Shown here in pieces: positions 27,388-37,407 of a DNA stretch of 60,622 nucleotides. Source of the stretch: a virus (lineage: Duplodnaviria; Caudoviricetes); the IMG/VR virus record IMGVR_UViG_3300042301_003480, positions 1 to 60,622 of that record; one strand, 5' to 3'. A model generated the notes under the pieces. That model worked only from the letters and a program-made list of their open reading frames with translations, made no database searches and was not told the origin of the DNA. Both the position numbers and the translations under genes were made by a program. Positions within the stretch are counted from its first letter, which is position 1. Every line of letters starts with the position of its first letter.

Positions 27388-28076
27388 TGCGTGTGCTGGA
27401 CCTGTACTGTGGAGCCGGGATGGCGGCAGATGGGTACTACGATGCCGGCTTCGATGTGGTGGGGTGGGATGTGAGGTTCCAGCCCAGTTACCCCTTTCAG
27501 TTCCATCGGGGCAGCGCCTTGGATGCGTTAGAGGATCGGCAGTATCTGCGTGAGTTCGACCTGATCCACGCATCGCCGCCATGCCAAGCCCACACTAGGG
27601 CCAAGCACCTGCGGGAAGCGCAGGGTGGCAAGTGCAAGTACGACGATCTGCTCACCCCCACCCTAGAGCTGCTGCGTGACTGCGGCGTGCCGTGGGTTGT
27701 GGAGAATGTGGTCGGCGCACCTGGGATGGAGGGTGCGGTGATCGAATGCGGCTCGGCCTATGGGCTGCGGGTCCGCAGGCATCGCCTGTTCCTGGCGTCC
27801 TTCCCCTTGGTTGGATCAGGCTGCAAGCACAAGGAGCAGGGCAAACCCGTGGGCGTGTACCACACCATGGGCGACACATGCAAAGGGGTGTGCAGTAAGA
27901 CCGGCAAGTTGGTGATCGGCGGGTCCACTGCCAAGACGGTGGAGGAGGGACGCGCAGCGATGGGCGTGACCCGGGCAATGACTTGGAACGAACTGAAGGA
28001 AGGCTTCCCGCCTGCGTACACTCGCCACGTTGGCGAGCAGGCGATGGCCTATCTGTTGCAGAAGGAGGTGGCGTGA
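27384..28076 (+). CDS. DNA (cytosine-5) methyltransferase
   Basis: LDLYCGAG (motif I), SPPCQ (IV), ENV (VI), RHRLF (VIII). Confidence 0.88.
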   Translation: MMRVLDLYCGAGMAADGYYDAGFDVVGWDVRFQPSYPFQFHRGSALDALEDRQYLREFDLIHASPPCQAHTRAKHLREAQGGKCKYDDLLTPTLELLRDCGVPWVVENVVGAPGMEGAVIECGSAYGLRVRRHRLFLASFPLVGSGCKHKEQGKPVGVYHTMGDTCKGVCSKTGKLVIGGSTAKTVEEGRAAMGVTRAMTWNELKEGFPPAYTRHVGEQAMAYLLQKEVA

Positions 28077-28315
28077 TGCCATTCCCAGATTCGGAATACC
28101 CCAGCATCCTGCGGGGGAGAGACAAGAGAGAGAGCCAGCGGCTGATGGCGGCGGCGCCGGACATGCTGGCCGCCCTAAAGATGTGGATGGAACTAGAGAC
28201 TACGTGCGATGGTCGCCGCCCTTGTTATTGCGACGATCCAGAAGTAGCGCAGCACGGCAAGTGCTATGCATGCGTGGCCGATGCAGCCATTTCCAAAGCA
28301 GAAGGGAGGGAGTGA
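28076..28315 (+). CDS. Hypothetical protein, LxAAAPDML family
   Basis: RBS; motif shared with the next gene. Confidence 0.6.
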   Translation: MPFPDSEYPSILRGRDKRESQRLMAAAPDMLAALKMWMELETTCDGRRPCYCDDPEVAQHGKCYACVADAAISKAEGRE

Positions 28316-28620
28316 TGAGTCATACACCTGGACCGTGGACCGTGGAGTGGAGCGACGAGGAGGGAAACGATGGCGTGACCATCGAAGCGCCGGATGGTCC
28401 CGTTGCTTTCCGGGTGCTGGAGGTGGATGCCCGCCTCATCGCCGCAGCACCGGAGATGCTCGCTGCGCTGCGTGAGGTTGCGGATGGTTGCGCACGGCGA
28501 CTGCGGAAAGGCAAGGATCAAGGCGACCTGGACACGCTGCGGCTGTGCCGCACGGCCATCGAACAGGCGGAGGGAGTAACCACGGAGGGAACCAATGGCA
28601 AGAAGCGATCACTGGACTGA
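28315..28620 (+). CDS. Hypothetical protein, HTPGPW...ARLIAAAPEML family
   Basis: Common phage early-gene motif; TGATG coupling. Confidence 0.7.
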   Translation: MSHTPGPWTVEWSDEEGNDGVTIEAPDGPVAFRVLEVDARLIAAAPEMLAALREVADGCARRLRKGKDQGDLDTLRLCRTAIEQAEGVTTEGTNGKKRSLD

Positions 28621-28728
28621 TGACCTAGTTGACCGTGCCATCCGCCTGCTTGTGCTGGCGGAGGCTGCTGTGAAGGACGTTTCGCCGGATCTTTACCAGG
28701 AGATCCGGCGTTTTCTTTTGGAGGACGC

Positions 28729-30432
28729 ATGATCACAGTGACTTTGACTCTCACGCAACTCGCCTATCTGCGGGCTGCGGTGGAGCGGGACATGGAGGAT
28801 GCCCGAGACATCGTCATGTTCGGGGAGGATGAGTACGCCGAGGCTGCGTATGCCGCGGCGTTGGATATACTGCGGAAGCTGCCGACTGAGGCAGAGGCAA
28901 TCCCGTTTTGAGGAGGGAGTGATGCGTAGCAAGACACGCCAGACTAAGCGCGAGCATGCCCTGGAGGTCTGCGAGCAGCACCTTCAGATCCAACTGGAGC
29001 GGCTGCGGCTAGAGCTTGGGGCCGTGCGTGATGCCACTTGGCGTCTGGGCGTTTGCCCCGAGCATCGCATCTGGCCGCAGGCGATTGAGGAGTTTATCGA
29101 CACGGGGGTCATGCCCTATGGCCCCGACCAAAGGAGGTGAGTGATGGCTGACTTCTGGAATCAAGGCCCCGAGATCGACGGCATACCCGGCAAGGTTGGC
29201 GACATGGTGTTCTGGGTCGGCAACTCCCGGGTGCCGTGGTGGATTGCGGAGTGGCAGCCGCAGAATGGCAAGGTGTTCGCCATCATCAACGCCCTCGGTG
29301 ACGTTGGCACTGCACCGGCGGGGGAACTGAGCCGGAACTTCCGCGATGCACACGCTGGGCCAGTGTCAAGTTTTCTTGCAGAACAACATGACACACCACA
29401 TAGAGGAGGTGAGTGATGGCTGACGCCTGGAACGTATACGGCGGCCTGCGGGAGTGGGAGCGCGACCCACTGTACGCTGAAGCCCGCGCGCGGGTGCTGC
29501 GGTCGCCCCGGCTTCGGACGCACATGGCCATCATCCTGTCGGATGGATATGCAACCGACGAGGATCACCTGCGTTGGGTGATCCGCGGGAAGGTGAGTGG
29601 GATTGTGGCGTGGGCCGATCAGATCAGGAGGGATAGCGATGCTGACGGGTGACAAGACGATTGCGAAGCGTGGGCTGCGGGCATGCCAGCAGTTCGCGTC
29701 TGCCACCGGGCGGGATATCGATGAGGATCAGGGCGTGATCATGCAGGACTTGGTGGTGAGCGTCCTGCATCTGTGTGACCAGGAGGGGTGCGACCCTGCT
29801 GCGTTTGTGCATAAGGCGTTGAAGAAGTTCTACGACACCTTGGTTGAGGAGACAGACTGATGGCGTTCGGCAAGCACCGGAAGATTTGCTTTGACTACGA
29901 GCCCGGCCACAAGTACCCGTACGTTTGCTCTGCGTGGTGCGAGGTGGGAGGCATGAACATCGGGGATCGGTTCACCGAAGAGGTGGCCGATGTCCTCATT
30001 GAGGCATTCCGTGAGGACGGGATTGTGGTGGAAGTGGACGAGGCTGCGAATACACAGGAGGGATAGTTGATGGATGACCTAGATGTTGTGCAATGGTTCT
30101 TCGATCTGGACCGTGTCGGTACGTGTTTCAACTGGCCGGTCAGTGTGCCGTCGCTGGTGACTGGCAAGCGTGCGATTGATGCGGCCGTCGCATCCAGGGC
30201 TTCGGCTGATGAGGTGATGGAGGCATACAAGAAGCTCGCCAGTGCGGTTGGCCCCACGGTGATGACCTCGCTGCTGCAAAGCGACGACGCCTTCCCCGAG
30301 GTCAATCATTCCGGCAAGCCAACCCCGCCGGCCGATGGCAGGGTGACGTTGTATGTCGATCCCAATGGTAAGCGGGTGTTGGCCGAGGTTGTGTTGACCT
30401 ACGGTGTGCCATCCAAGTTCAGTGTTGCATAA
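28729..30432 (+). other. Further small early genes (28729-28911, 28919-29140, 29141-29416, 29413-29652, 29639-29860, 29860-30066, 30067-30432)
   Basis: Coupled ORFs with RBSs. Confidence 0.7.
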
Positions 30433-30592
30433 GGAGATACCCCATGGGCACGGATGCCCCGGTGATTCTGGAACTGGTGATCGTTGTCCTTCGTATCCTT
30501 GTGGAGATCATTCGATGAGCGAAGTTGCTGACTTCATGGTGGCAGTAGTTGTTATCGGTGGCATTTTGTTCTGGTCTTCCTACAGGTGACTC

Positions 30593-31363
30593 ATGCTGTA
30601 CGGATACTGTCGGGTTAGCACGGACATGCAGGACGCCTCATCAGAGGCACAGCGGGCGGCGCTGGAGGACTACGCCAAGCGTACCAACCAGACCCTGGCC
30701 GAGGTGTTTGTCGATGAGGATGTCAGCGGGTCCGTGCCCCTGAGAGATAGGCCAGCCGGCAAGCGGATGTGGGACCGGCTTCAGCGTGGGGATACCGTGG
30801 TTGTGACTACCAGGGACAGAGGCTTCCGTTCCCTGGTTGATGCGGCCACCACCCTCATGGCCTGGAGAGAGCAGGGCATCCGCCTGCATATCTGCGACTT
30901 CCCCATCGACCTATCCACGGACGAGGGGGAGCTGGTGTTTCTCCAGGGTGCGGTGTTCTCCCAGTACGAGCGGAAGCTGATCGGCCGCCGGATCAGGCGG
31001 GGGATCGAACACCGCAAGAAGACTGGTCAACCGTACGGTGGGACCAGGCCATGGGGCTGGATCCGCAAGGAGCAGAAGTGGGTGCCGCTACCCAAGGAGC
31101 GGGCTCACGGCAACCGCATGCTCACCATGCGCCGGGCGGGCTGCTCCTGGTACACTATCGCCGTCGCTTGCATGGATTGTCAGAAGCCCGCGGTGAGGAA
31201 GAACGGTTCCGGGTACTACCACGTTGCCGATGTTCGCACTCTTGTACGTGCGGCCGAAGCCGAATATCCAAAGCTAGCGCCAACTTTCTGGCGAGATCCC
31301 GACTGCGAACGGAAGCTAGTCGAACTGAAATCTGTTGCTCCTCTGCTATTCGTCGCAGAGTAA
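30593..31363 (+). CDS. Serine recombinase (resolvase/invertase family)
   Basis: GYCRVST catalytic Ser, Q, FVDEDVSG, DRP, GDTVVVTTRDR, ER..I..R...G. Confidence 0.92.
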   Translation: MLYGYCRVSTDMQDASSEAQRAALEDYAKRTNQTLAEVFVDEDVSGSVPLRDRPAGKRMWDRLQRGDTVVVTTRDRGFRSLVDAATTLMAWREQGIRLHICDFPIDLSTDEGELVFLQGAVFSQYERKLIGRRIRRGIEHRKKTGQPYGGTRPWGWIRKEQKWVPLPKERAHGNRMLTMRRAGCSWYTIAVACMDCQKPAVRKNGSGYYHVADVRTLVRAAEAEYPKLAPTFWRDPDCERKLVELKSVAPLLFVAE

Positions 31364-31772
31364 GCGAGTCTTCAAACCTGCTCTGCGCAAGCTCCTGCTC
31401 CTCTTCAGGCAGGTCTTCGATGGCCAGGCGCAGGTAGTCGGGATGCTCCATCACTGGCAGGAGTTGCTCTGCCTCCGTGAGGGAGAGCTTCCATTCGCAC
31501 GGCTGCCGGGTGGACCGTTTGATCCACTTGTACATGGCGTTCATGATCGCCCGTGCGAAGTAGGCTTTCGGGTACGGCAGCCTGCTCTGATCGTACGTGC
31601 GGGCCGCCTTGGTCAGGGCCAGGAATCCCTCTGACTGGAGGTCGGGGAACAGCACGCCACGCTGCCAGCTCGGGCGGGTCTGAACGAAAAACTTGGCCAG
31701 CATTGAGGCCAAGGGCATGTACTCAACGACGTACGCTTGTCGTTTCTTTGAGAGCTTGGATCTGACTCGCAT
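31155..31772 (-). CDS. Phage sigma-70 family sigma factor
   Basis: Region 2 DLQSEGFLALTKAARTYD; region 4 LPEEEQ...TLRRIAEE. Confidence 0.8.
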   Translation of the reverse strand: MRVRSKLSKKRQAYVVEYMPLASMLAKFFVQTRPSWQRGVLFPDLQSEGFLALTKAARTYDQSRLPYPKAYFARAIMNAMYKWIKRSTRQPCEWKLSLTEAEQLLPVMEHPDYLRLAIEDLPEEEQELAQSRFEDSLTLRRIAEEQQISVRLASVRSRDLARKLALALDIRLRPHVQECEHRQRGSTRNRSSSPRASDNPCKRRR

Positions 31773-31947
31773 GTTCGTTGAGTCGATGTTCATGCTCGCG
31801 CAGTATCTCGCGTAGCTCATCGACGACATCGGGCAGGTCTTGCACCGACGATGCGATCACCGCCACCTTGGCGTGGATCGAAAAGGCCCACGGTACGACG
31901 GCGCATACGCCCGTCAGGATCACCATCCACACCTCAATCTCCATCAT
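31723..31947 (-). CDS. Small membrane protein with coiled coil (holin-like)
   Basis: N-terminal TM segment followed by a coiled coil. Confidence 0.45.
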   Translation of the reverse strand: MMEIEVWMVILTGVCAVVPWAFSIHAKVAVIASSVQDLPDVVDELREILREHEHRLNEHASQIQALKETTSVRR

Positions 31948-32019
31948 CGGCCCTCCGAATCATGCTCACTAACATCAGCCCTGCGTACGGATGCAGGGAT
32001 CCCTCTTCCACATGCAGCT

Positions 32020-32394
32020 TCACCATTCGTCGGGCTCGGTCGGCTTCGTCGGGCGGGTACTGGTAGATGTGAGTGTGGCCGTCGTAGACGGCGATAGCTC
32101 TGCTAATGCGTCGAACGCCACGCTTTGAATCTGTTTCAAATCCTGACGATTCAAAATCCATTTCGTAATCCATGCGCTGATGACCGAGATCAGAATGGGC
32201 AGGACCAGGATGATGAACACCGACCCCACGTTGGGGTTGCCCAGGAGGAACGACTTCCGCATGGCCTGCCGTCGCTGCTTGCCGGCCAGTGGGCAGTAGA
32301 TCAACCCGAGCAGGGCGATCTCTTCGCTGTGCTTGCTCATGCCACGGGCGCCAGTGTCCCGCAGGCAGTCGTAGACTATCTCTTCGGCGCGCAT
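32020..32394 (-). CDS. Hypothetical membrane protein
   Basis: VFIILVLPILISVISAW TM segment. Confidence 0.55.
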   Translation of the reverse strand: MRAEEIVYDCLRDTGARGMSKHSEEIALLGLIYCPLAGKQRRQAMRKSFLLGNPNVGSVFIILVLPILISVISAWITKWILNRQDLKQIQSVAFDALAELSPSTTATLTSTSTRPTKPTEPDEW

Positions 32395-32651
32395 GTCCCG
32401 TCTGGGCAGGTCTGATGAACGATCACGGACGGGTGCTTCACCGCCTTGCACTCGCAGTCCGGAGGGCAGGGGCAGGGAGTCTTGTGCCCGTCACCGTGGA
32501 TGATGAACCCACCCTTGCACACGCCGCAGCATTTCTTGGAGTGGGTGTCCACTTGCTGGGTGTGGATCACGTACGCCGCATGGACGGCCACCGGGCCCGT
32601 CATGTCGGGGGCAGGGAAGAACGACAGGAACCAGGCGAGCAGTTCAATCAT
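32376..32651 (-). CDS. Small Cys-rich membrane or secreted protein
   Basis: Hydrophobic N-terminus; CC..C.GG.I.HGDG...CPC...C. Confidence 0.6.
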   Translation of the reverse strand: MIELLAWFLSFFPAPDMTGPVAVHAAYVIHTQQVDTHSKKCCGVCKGGFIIHGDGHKTPCPCPPDCECKAVKHPSVIVHQTCPDGTCAPKR

Positions 32652-33594
32652 GGCGGAGGAGTCCGATGGTGCCGTAGTCGGGGAGTTTCTGAGGCGGAAA
32701 ACCATCGACTGATCCGTATGCGTAGCAATCGCCGCCGCGGACGCACACCTCCCAGTCCTCTGCCTTGGTGACGATCATGCCAGGGACGTACTTCGGGTAG
32801 TCGGATGGCCACTCCTTGGGCGCCTGACACCATGGTCCCCAGCTATTTGCAATGAAGAACACATCGAACGGCCAGAACTTTCGGGTGAAGTCCATCCCAA
32901 CCGTAGCCATCGCGTGACTCCATCCGCCGGCAGCCCGAGGATGGATGTGATCCTTGTTGGGGGTGGGCGACCACGCAGCGAACTGTCCCGACGCTACGCA
33001 GTAGCCATTGAACAAGGCATCCACTGCGTCCTGGACGCGAGTGAGCTGTCGGATGATGCCGACCTTGTTCTGTCGGCAGAGCGCCTTCACATCTTCCGGA
33101 ACTCCACGCCCGCCCCAGCCTGCGCCGATGCTGGACTTGTAAACCGAGAGATCCACGGGCTCGTACTTCTTGCGAATGAGGAAGCCGACCTCGTTCTCAA
33201 ACGTCGCCGCTCGGGCAGGCGACATGCCCTGGCCGGTGTGACCGCGGGCACCATAGGTTGGTTCCGTGGCGCCACGCACAATGAAGTCTTCAGGCCGGCG
33301 CTCAACGAGGATCTGTGTCGCACGGCTTGTGTCTCGGGCATTCCGCGAGCAGTGGCTCGTACAATCTCCAGTAGTCTGGCGCTCAGTGAACGACAGCGGA
33401 TCCAGTGCTTGGGTGTACTGCCACAGCAAAGCACGCTGGCCCTGCCCGCTGCCCATGATGTTGGGCTCCGAATACACCGACTGCTTCTGTGATTCCGAGA
33501 ACAGGCCCCGCTCGCGCGGGCTATCGATGTACCCCTGCAAGCCCTCCTCGTAGGCGGAGAGCAACTGCATCGGATTGTCGAAGTCGTCACTCAC
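32644..33594 (-). CDS. Papain-like (C1A) cysteine peptidase
   Basis: Q..GDC, HAM, NSWG catalytic motifs. Confidence 0.85.
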   Translation of the reverse strand: MSDDFDNPMQLLSAYEEGLQGYIDSPRERGLFSESQKQSVYSEPNIMGSGQGQRALLWQYTQALDPLSFTERQTTGDCTSHCSRNARDTSRATQILVERRPEDFIVRGATEPTYGARGHTGQGMSPARAATFENEVGFLIRKKYEPVDLSVYKSSIGAGWGGRGVPEDVKALCRQNKVGIIRQLTRVQDAVDALFNGYCVASGQFAAWSPTPNKDHIHPRAAGGWSHAMATVGMDFTRKFWPFDVFFIANSWGPWCQAPKEWPSDYPKYVPGMIVTKAEDWEVCVRGGDCYAYGSVDGFPPQKLPDYGTIGLLRHD

Positions 33595-33988
33595 TCTGCT
33601 TCTCCACCGCCCGACATCCGGCTGCGATCTTGCCCGCCATCACCGGGTCGATGGGCAAGTTGTCCAGCGGGTAATGCTCTGCCAGTACCTTCTCCACCGC
33701 CTTGTCCAACCCCGGGTATTTCCCGACGAGGTCGGTGCCACCAGCGGCCAGCCGGAGCGCGTCTGCATAGATGGCGCGCCACACGGCGGTGGTAGGTATC
33801 AGCTTGCCACCATCCCGTTCGATCAGGTCGGCCAGCGAAGCGTAGATGCTGGCGACTCGGGCCCGTTCCGCGGAGGAAGCGGAGGACAGGGCCACGGCGA
33901 CGGGGCCGGTTGCGGCTGACCGCTGGGGCAGGGACACAAATTGCAGGGCGGCAAACAACACCGCACCTGCCAAGAGTAAGTGCTTTAC
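33587..33988 (-). CDS. Membrane-anchored hypothetical protein
   Basis: KHLLLAGAVLFAAL signal or TM; GTG start overlapping the upstream stop. Confidence 0.6.
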   Translation of the reverse strand, partial: VKHLLLAGAVLFAALQFVSLPQRSAATGPVAVALSSASSAERARVASIYASLADLIERDGGKLIPTTAVWRAIYADALRLAAGGTDLVGKYPGLDKAVEKVLAEHYPLDNLPIDPVMAGKIAAGCRAVEKQSE

Positions 33989-34182
33989 TGGAGTAGTGCT
34001 TGCAAGAGCTGCGTGCATGCCTTGCGTACCTCGGGGCTGGAGTTTGAGTCTCGGATAGCCAGTACGGATTCGATCTGCTTCATGCTGCTTGGCTTTGCGG
34101 CTGGCCATTTGATGCTCGGGAAGTACACGTACGCCGCCGCCAAGGCGACGACAACCAGACTGACGATCTGCATGGTGTTCAT
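33985..34182 (-). CDS. Small membrane protein, 65 aa
   Basis: N-terminal TM; ATGA overlap with the S8 protease gene. Confidence 0.65.
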   Translation of the reverse strand: MNTMQIVSLVVVALAAAYVYFPSIKWPAAKPSSMKQIESVLAIRDSNSSPEVRKACTQLLQALLQ

Positions 34183-35123
34183 AGAATGCGGGCCCCGGGA
34201 ATGAAGATGGTTACCCCCTCAATGCTGGCGGTGGCGGTGTAGGTCAGGAGTTTGTGCGGATCCAGCAGGCCCCAGCCGTACTCGGGATCCCGGCCATGGG
34301 GACCAGCGTCTCGGCATGTCTCACTGAGTGCTTTGAGGGCGGCAGATGCGTCCAGCTTCTTGCCTGATTTCTTGGCGTCGGATGCCCACAACGCAAGCAC
34401 ACCCGTGACGAACGGCGCCGCCATGCTCGTCCCGGAAATGGTGGCGTATCCCTCCGCCAGCCAGGTGCTGGTGATGTCCTGGCCCGGCGCCGCCACCACA
34501 ATCTCTTTCCCCCGGGATGAGAACTGGCAGACGTTGCCTTCCTTGTCCACCGCACCCACGGCAATCGTCTCAGTGAACGCGGCCGGGTAGTTCACTGCAC
34601 CACCGTCATTCCCAGCGGCGCACACCACAATCACACCAGCGGCCGTAGCCCTGCGGATCGCCTCATGCACCCTGGCGTCCGGCCTGGCACACCCGAGGGA
34701 CATGCACACCAGATCCACCTTGGCCTCGCAGGCATGCGTGACTGCGGTGGCGACAGCCTCGTTGCTGCCCATGCCTGAGTGACCCAGCACCTTCATGCTG
34801 ATGAGCTTGGCGCCGGGGGCGATGCCCTTGGCCAGACCGGACTTCGCACCGATCACCCCGGCTACGTGCGTCCCATGACCGAGGGTGTCGTAGACATCGG
34901 AGTCCGACGAGAAGTTCCTGTAGTCAACCACCACATCCTTGAGTGCGGTGTGTGGCGCCACCCCGGAATCAATCACGGCTACGGTCACGCCTTCCCCCTT
35001 GGTGTGCTTCCACAGCCCGGGGATTCCATAGCCGGCCACAGCCCAGTCCACCCCCTCCTGTACCGAATGTGGTACATGCTGGAGATCAACACGGTAGGGG
35101 GGGAGGTGGACGAAGTCATTCAT
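34179..35123 (-). CDS. Subtilisin-like (S8) serine protease
   Basis: VAVIDSG, HGTHVAG, AAGN, GTSMAAP. Confidence 0.95.
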   Translation of the reverse strand: MNDFVHLPPYRVDLQHVPHSVQEGVDWAVAGYGIPGLWKHTKGEGVTVAVIDSGVAPHTALKDVVVDYRNFSSDSDVYDTLGHGTHVAGVIGAKSGLAKGIAPGAKLISMKVLGHSGMGSNEAVATAVTHACEAKVDLVCMSLGCARPDARVHEAIRRATAAGVIVVCAAGNDGGAVNYPAAFTETIAVGAVDKEGNVCQFSSRGKEIVVAAPGQDITSTWLAEGYATISGTSMAAPFVTGVLALWASDAKKSGKKLDASAALKALSETCRDAGPHGRDPEYGWGLLDPHKLLTYTATASIEGVTIFIPGARIL

Positions 35124-35445
35124 CGGGCGACAACGCTCGCAGGATGGCAATAAGAATCGGCAGGATGACCTGGATCAGGCTCTGCCAGTCAACACCCATG
35201 GCCTGGACCTCGGCGCCTAAGGCAAAGGCAGACACCTCATCCGACTCCCAGGTGTCCGAGGCCAGCAGCGTGCCGGCGTCCACACCCTCACGCTCAAACA
35301 CCGGGATCACCAGGCGGGCGATCTCATCCACCACCTCCCACTGGGAGATGTAGTTGCCGTCGCGGTTGAACTTCTTGGCCGCGGCAATCACGGCCAGCAG
35401 GAGTTCACGGTGCTTGAGCAACCAACTAATCACCTTGATATTCAT
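35116..35445 (-). CDS. Hypothetical protein with hydrophobic C-terminus
   Basis: GAGG RBS; DWQSLIQVILPILIAIL. Confidence 0.65.
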   Translation of the reverse strand: MNIKVISWLLKHRELLLAVIAAAKKFNRDGNYISQWEVVDEIARLVIPVFEREGVDAGTLLASDTWESDEVSAFALGAEVQAMGVDWQSLIQVILPILIAILRALSPDE

Positions 35446-35830
35446 GCGAATTTTCCTCATGGTCTAGCACCGCTATCGCCACAACCGCGTGGCCCGCAAT
35501 GTCCAGTAGCGTTTCCCGAATCTTGTCATACTGCCCATCGACTATTGCCCCCCGAAGGCCACCGCAGCGGCGAACCTTTTCCCCGATTCGGGCGAGCTGG
35601 TAAACCCACGGGGGAATGCCCTGTTCTGCCACGCCCAGGGCGTTGTCCAATGGTCCCTCCTCCCGGCAGCCGTAGTAACCTCGCTTCCGGGTGAGCAGGG
35701 TGTGCAATGTCTCACAGATATCAAGGTACGGATCACCACTCCTGCTGTCGGGCAGCCTGCTGTATTCGTCCGTATTCGCTCCAGAAACTGGGATGGTGGT
35801 ACGGGTCTTCATCGTTGTCCTCCGTGTCAA
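35426..35830 (-). CDS. Nucleotide-modification-associated domain (DUF1599/MazG-like)
   Basis: K...YG, R..EK..R, ETLLDIAGH; start uncertain. Confidence 0.6.
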   Translation of the reverse strand: MTRRTTMKTRTTIPVSGANTDEYSRLPDSRSGDPYLDICETLHTLLTRKRGYYGCREEGPLDNALGVAEQGIPPWVYQLARIGEKVRRCGGLRGAIVDGQYDKIRETLLDIAGHAVVAIAVLDHEENSHEYQGD

Positions 35831-36083
35831 TTAAGTACACCGTGCGGGCATGTGCCCACTCCTCCACAAACGTATCGATCAAGCCTACGCGATCTTGGGT
35901 TTCCAAGATACTGATGACTCCGCGTTCTTCGTCGTCGTCAAAGGTAAAAAACCCGAGGTGGTTTTCCATCCTCGCCGGAGGTCGGAGGTACACCCGGATC
36001 GGGTAGGTGATCGGGAACCGCTCCTCCGCCCACAGCTTGAGCCGCTTGAGCAATCGCTTTCGCCAGTCTTGGGGCATCGTCAA
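35733..36083 (-). CDS. Putative zincin-like protein (EEWAH variant)
   Basis: DTFVEEWAHA...H...FW. Confidence 0.5.
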   Translation of the reverse strand: MTMPQDWRKRLLKRLKLWAEERFPITYPIRVYLRPPARMENHLGFFTFDDDEERGVISILETQDRVGLIDTFVEEWAHARTVYLIDTEDNDEDPYHHPSFWSEYGRIQQAARQQEW

Positions 36084-36360
36084 GCCTCACTATGAGCAGC
36101 CAGGGTTTGTTGTTCCGGCGGTGGAGTACGACCGGCGCGTTCTTCCCTGCATCTCGGACGGCCTGATCCATCCACACGTAGGGGTTGCCAGCCTCCACTC
36201 GCTTCACCTCTACATGAATGCCCGCCATGCCGGTGATCACATCCGGACTCTCTGTCCCGCCCGCAAATTGCTGGCCTCTCCTGGCGGCCACGCCGAACAC
36301 ATCCGTCCAGGCACGGGCTGCTTCCCGCTCCCCTCTTGCGCCTTTGGATCGACTATTCAT
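35938..36360 (-). CDS. PD-(D/E)xK Holliday junction resolvase-like nuclease
   Basis: SRSKGARGERE, PDV, VEVKR, QA. Confidence 0.8.
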   Translation of the reverse strand: MNSRSKGARGEREAARAWTDVFGVAARRGQQFAGGTESPDVITGMAGIHVEVKRVEAGNPYVWMDQAVRDAGKNAPVVLHRRNNKPWLLIVRLDDAPRLAKAIAQAAQAVGGGAVPDHLPDPGVPPTSGEDGKPPRVFYL

Positions 36361-36599
36361 TTCCGCATCCTCGCCAAGGGGCCATTGAAGGAGATCGCAT
36401 CCAACTCCTGGAGATCCTGGAACTGCTCGGCCAGGAGACGCAACGCTTCGCTGGGACGCTTCTTGTCCAGGACTTTGGCGTTCTGCCCCACCCAGGTGCC
36501 GACCTGGCTGGCGAAGGCGAAGTCTCTGTTGTCCCCGAGGGAGGGCCAGAAGAAGATGAACTTGTAGTTGTTGGTCTTGGCACTGCTCCCGATCAGCAT
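36357..36599 (-). CDS. Hypothetical protein, 80 aa
   Basis: GGAG RBS, ATGA coupling. Confidence 0.6.
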   Translation of the reverse strand: MLIGSSAKTNNYKFIFFWPSLGDNRDFAFASQVGTWVGQNAKVLDKKRPSEALRLLAEQFQDLQELDAISFNGPLARMRK

Positions 36600-36967
36600 T
36601 GGTCTGGCTCCTCGCTGGCAACCATCGTTCGTAGGATTTCCAGGTAGTGATCTGGCCGGGAGTCAGCCACATGGCGATCCAGCAGCCACTGGGTCAGAGT
36701 CTCTCCGCTCTGGATGTCGGCCAGATCCCCGAGCAGGCGGCCGTAGGAATCTCGGAACCACTCCCAGGTGATCAGCCTCAGTCGCTCGGCGTCGGCGTGG
36801 ATCTCAACCCAGTCCAGGATTTCCTGCTTGGCTTCTGGCTTGCAGGCCACGCCCTCAAGGACGAGGTAAACGTGTACGCTCGCCATCACCTGGGGGCAGT
36901 ACGTGCGAATCAGAATGGTGTCCGGTCTGGTGACGCGGATCACCTGGCAAGTCATGGCTTCCGGCAT
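36593..36967 (-). CDS. Degenerate SNase (thermonuclease)-like protein
   Basis: VIRV..PDTI, L.GV, RDSYGRLLG. Confidence 0.55.
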   Translation of the reverse strand: MPEAMTCQVIRVTRPDTILIRTYCPQVMASVHVYLVLEGVACKPEAKQEILDWVEIHADAERLRLITWEWFRDSYGRLLGDLADIQSGETLTQWLLDRHVADSRPDHYLEILRTMVASEEPDQC

Positions 36968-37407
36968 TTGCCGACGTTCCTCTCCCGCTCTTCCAAGTAG
37001 TAGGGGTCGATGGGCTGCGGGTCGTAGCCCAGGTGTTTCCGATGGCGCAACCATGCGAGGTACTCCGGGTCGTAGTGATCGGGATCGCATTCCTTCTTGG
37101 CCGTGAGGATCATGGCCTTGGTGATGTCAGGAAAGTTGCCGTCGATCTTTCCGTTGTGGTACACCCCATGGCAGCGCGAGCAGGTGGTCAAAAGATTCCG
37201 CCGGTCATGCTTGCGGGCTGACCCGCCGCAGATGTGGTGGATCTCCATTCGGCGCCGCATGTCAGACTCAGGCCACCAGCAGATGGCACAGCTACGGAAC
37301 TCCGCAGCGAACTCCTGGAACAGGAGCTTGTCTTCCTTGGTCAGCCGGGCCATCCAGTTATTCGATCTACCCTCCAGGGCGAACGAAGTGTACCAGTGTT
37401 CACGCAC
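36952..37407 (-). CDS. HNH nuclease
   Basis: CAIC...HHI...NL...C..CH. Confidence 0.75.
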   Translation of the reverse strand: MREHWYTSFALEGRSNNWMARLTKEDKLLFQEFAAEFRSCAICWWPESDMRRRMEIHHICGGSARKHDRRNLLTTCSRCHGVYHNGKIDGNFPDITKAMILTAKKECDPDHYDPEYLAWLRHRKHLGYDPQPIDPYYLEERERNVGKCRKP

